A DNA stretch of 64,000 nucleotides from Clostridia bacterium (GTDB lineage Bacteria > Bacillota > Clostridia > Oscillospirales > Acutalibacteraceae): NCBI GenBank assembly GCA_017549285.1, contig JAFYVE010000046.1:2294-66293 (forward strand), given 5' to 3'. Position numbers and translations under genes: made by a program. Positions 61,649-64,000 of this stretch are shown one piece after another (within the stretch, counting starts at the first letter, position 1; every line of letters begins with the position of its first letter). The notes under the pieces are model-generated. The model worked only from the letters and a program-made list of their open reading frames with translations. It was not told where the DNA came from and did not search any database.

Positions 61649-64000
61649 ATGTTTAACAATGCAAAAACAAAGAAAAGACTTACACAGTTTATTATTGCAT
61701 TTGTTGTTATCTGTATGTCAATAACAGGAAGCTTTATGCTTCTTGAAGACACTATTGAAGAAGCAACAGCTGCAACTGTAAGTGTTGACGTTAATTCTGC
61801 AGACACATGGCGTTCAGCTGTTAACGGCAGAGGTAGCGGAGATATTGTCAATATCAGACTTACAGGTGATGTCAGCGCAAGTGCATTGCTTCAGGCTATT
61901 CCCACAGGCGTAACCGTTAACCTTAATATGAACGGTAAGGGTATTTACTGGGATACTATTGCAACAGGCACAGCATCAATCATGGACGAGAACTATGCAG
62001 ACGGTATCCGTTCTGATTTCTGGGGTCTTATCACCAATAACGGTACTCTCAATATCACAGGTACCGGTACAATCAGAATGCAGAAGGTTAATTATAACTA
62101 TAAGACAAACGGTGAAAAGAATAACTTTGCAACCAGATCATGTGCAATTGTCAATAACGGTACAATGACTATCGGTAGCGGTATCACAGTTGTTAACGAT
62201 ACTGCTATGGCTGCTAATGACCAGGAGGGTACAAACAAATTTATGGACACATTCGTTTACGGATGTGCTATCTATAATAACAGCGGTACTCTTACAACTT
62301 CAGGTAAGATTTCATCAAACGTAATGGCAGGTGGTATCTCTGTTTCAGGCAGTAACTCATACCACTATGCTTTCTCATACGGTATTTACGGCGGAAAAAT
62401 CACAACAAAGGGCGGCTCTGTTTCTTCTGAAGCAAAGTCAGGTTCTCTTATGGCTACATCAAGCTGTAAAGAAGAAAACCAAGTATCATCTATAGCTACA
62501 GCTATCTATGGTAACGGAGCTCAGATTCTCGGTGACACAAAAATCACATCAAGAACATCAACATGGGACTCTCCCGGCGGTTATGACTGTTGGTCAGGCG
62601 GTATAGATATTTCTATCTCTACAGGTGTTATGTACACAGGTTCAAACTATCCCGTTATCGGTGCATCTGTTGATATTGATTCAACATTCTTCTGTCCCGG
62701 TGGAAGTGATTTCCAGGCAATCGTTCCCGGTACACAGGATTATTATACTGTTAAGAATAAGACAGGCCCCTCAAACTATGCAAGACGTGCATATCCCATC
62801 GCAGGTGCCGTCAAAGTTCAGAATACAATCGGTGACCACACATCAGAAAAGAACTGGAGCGACGGTAATTTCTTCGGTACACCCGGTTCGGGCAGCAACA
62901 ATGTTGAAAACAACTTCAATATGAACGGCAATATGTTTTACTATCCCGAAGAAGCTTACTTCGGTAACACAAGTCTCTCAGGTCTTGCTGTAAATGCAAA
63001 CGGTCAGTTCATGAGAGAATCAGGTCAGAATAACAATCAGACTGCAACAGGTTCTTTCAGAAGCGGTGTTCACGGCACAACAGGTACTCAGTTTAAGGTT
63101 ATGTACCGTTACTATGACGGTGAAATCTCAGCTTCAAAGCTTATTGAAGTTTCACCCAAACCTATTACAGCAAGAAACAGTCAGGCAATAATCAATGTGG
63201 GTGGAAGTGCTAACAAGACCGGTGCAGCAACAGCTGCAGATGCAACATTCACTTTCGGTTCAGGCGGCGATTCTGTAAACTCAAGATATTATGAGCTTCA
63301 GAGCAAGACTTATGAAAAGGTTCCCACAGCAACATTTGCAAACAGGGATTACAGTAATAAATCTCATTGGACAAATAACGCAACACAGTTCACAGGTAAT
63401 GTCAATATGACAACCGAAAATACACTTGTTGTTTATATGAACTATGTTCTTAAAACTCCCGAAGCTATAAGAATTGTTGCAAGTAATGATACTATTTATC
63501 CCACTACAACAACAAAGAGCTTCTCTGTTCCTTATACAGGTAATGCAATCGTTCCCGGTGCAGACTTCAAGCTTGGTATTATCGGTATGGGTATTGGTCT
63601 TTCAGCTGATACAAATGATACAAGTGATGATACAATTGTAACAGGCAGATATAATATTGCAGGTAATGAATCATCAAAGATCGGCGTAGCTTACAGATAC
63701 ACAACCGACCAGGTTGAATGGAAAAACGGTCTTCCCAAGGATGTAGGTACATACACAATTGAAGTAAGTGTTGCTGAAGATACAACATTCTCTTCAACTT
63801 CAGAAAACCGTCAGGCTGTAACAACAACAATCTCAGCTACAATCACAAAGGTTGACGTTGAAATCAGTGGTGAAGGTTCAAGAACCGTAGTTTACGGCGG
63901 AACTTATCTTGAACAGATTCCTTTCGGTGAATATAAAGCAACCGGTAAGGGTTCAGATAAGCTTGAAGGTAAGTTCGGTTTTGCAGGCATTCAGGAATCA
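61649..64000 (+). CDS. Large secreted/anchored surface protein (5' part, >780 aa, runs off the window): beta-helix-like N/G/T-rich repeats then MBG(YGX)-like domains
   Basis: ATG lies 8 nt after AAAGGAGG. I read the frame codon by codon to 64000 and found no stop; it is absent from the track because it has no stop. N-terminal anchor KRLTQFIIAFVVICMSITGSFML. Repeats NNGTLNITGTGTI, NNGTMTIGSGITV and NNSGTLTTSGKIS. Later LPKDVGTYTIEVSV and VVYGGTY resemble MBG domains. Confidence 0.75.
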   Translation, partial: MFNNAKTKKRLTQFIIAFVVICMSITGSFMLLEDTIEEATAATVSVDVNSADTWRSAVNGRGSGDIVNIRLTGDVSASALLQAIPTGVTVNLNMNGKGIYWDTIATGTASIMDENYADGIRSDFWGLITNNGTLNITGTGTIRMQKVNYNYKTNGEKNNFATRSCAIVNNGTMTIGSGITVVNDTAMAANDQEGTNKFMDTFVYGCAIYNNSGTLTTSGKISSNVMAGGISVSGSNSYHYAFSYGIYGGKITTKGGSVSSEAKSGSLMATSSCKEENQVSSIATAIYGNGAQILGDTKITSRTSTWDSPGGYDCWSGGIDISISTGVMYTGSNYPVIGASVDIDSTFFCPGGSDFQAIVPGTQDYYTVKNKTGPSNYARRAYPIAGAVKVQNTIGDHTSEKNWSDGNFFGTPGSGSNNVENNFNMNGNMFYYPEEAYFGNTSLSGLAVNANGQFMRESGQNNNQTATGSFRSGVHGTTGTQFKVMYRYYDGEISASKLIEVSPKPITARNSQAIINVGGSANKTGAATAADATFTFGSGGDSVNSRYYELQSKTYEKVPTATFANRDYSNKSHWTNNATQFTGNVNMTTENTLVVYMNYVLKTPEAIRIVASNDTIYPTTTTKSFSVPYTGNAIVPGADFKLGIIGMGIGLSADTNDTSDDTIVTGRYNIAGNESSKIGVAYRYTTDQVEWKNGLPKDVGTYTIEVSVAEDTTFSSTSENRQAVTTTISATITKVDVEISGEGSRTVVYGGTYLEQIPFGEYKATGKGSDKLEGKFGFAGIQES

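Noticed and set aside
61420-61656. 78-aa + strand ORF in the track.
   Set aside because: It starts inside the -35 region of the promoter, has no RBS and ends at the real gene's start. It is a leader region, not coding.

Overview
This is a chromosomal window from a low-GC Firmicute. It is probably a Ruminococcus-like clostridial anaerobe. That guess is inference only, based on two dockerin-bearing proteins, an SLH-anchored enzyme, a split transketolase, secreted GH43/GH16 enzymes and the codon style. I support about 62 protein genes, one tmRNA, and no rRNA, tRNA, CRISPR array, transposase or integrase. Two conserved housekeeping blocks anchor the window: miaB-ylbF-mutS-mutL-miaA followed by yggS-sepF-divIVA-lspA-rluD on the + strand (15.5-29.3 kb), and ddl-DUF1934-argS-paaI-smpB-ssrA on the - strand (52.4-56.9 kb). 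The rest is accessory-looking: secreted hydrolases, several metallophosphoesterases, XRE regulators, small membrane proteins and a sulfatase cluster. The observations most worth follow-up are listed here. (1) An orphan GmrSD-type (DUF262 plus His-Me nuclease) defence gene sits beside smpB-ssrA, next to split and rearranged copies of the tmRNA 3' end that look like integration scars. (2) A ~182-bp highly structured intergenic element bounded by inverted repeats occurs in two near-identical copies plus short derivatives, and in two places it supplies the stop codon of the upstream gene. (3) A tandemly duplicated two-gene cassette of unassignable polytopic membrane proteins lies upstream of ddl. 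It is driven by a perfect consensus promoter, back-to-back with another that drives a giant beta-helix/MBG surface protein. (4) An XRE HTH domain is fused to a complete desulfoferrodoxin module. (5) A Gram-positive LexA (Cheo) box sits in the promoter of an orphan phage-type gene, next to two dockerin-tagged putative cell-wall hydrolases. (6) Two micro-ORFs of 39 codons are absent from the ORF track. All product calls come from motif recognition by eye; no database search was run.
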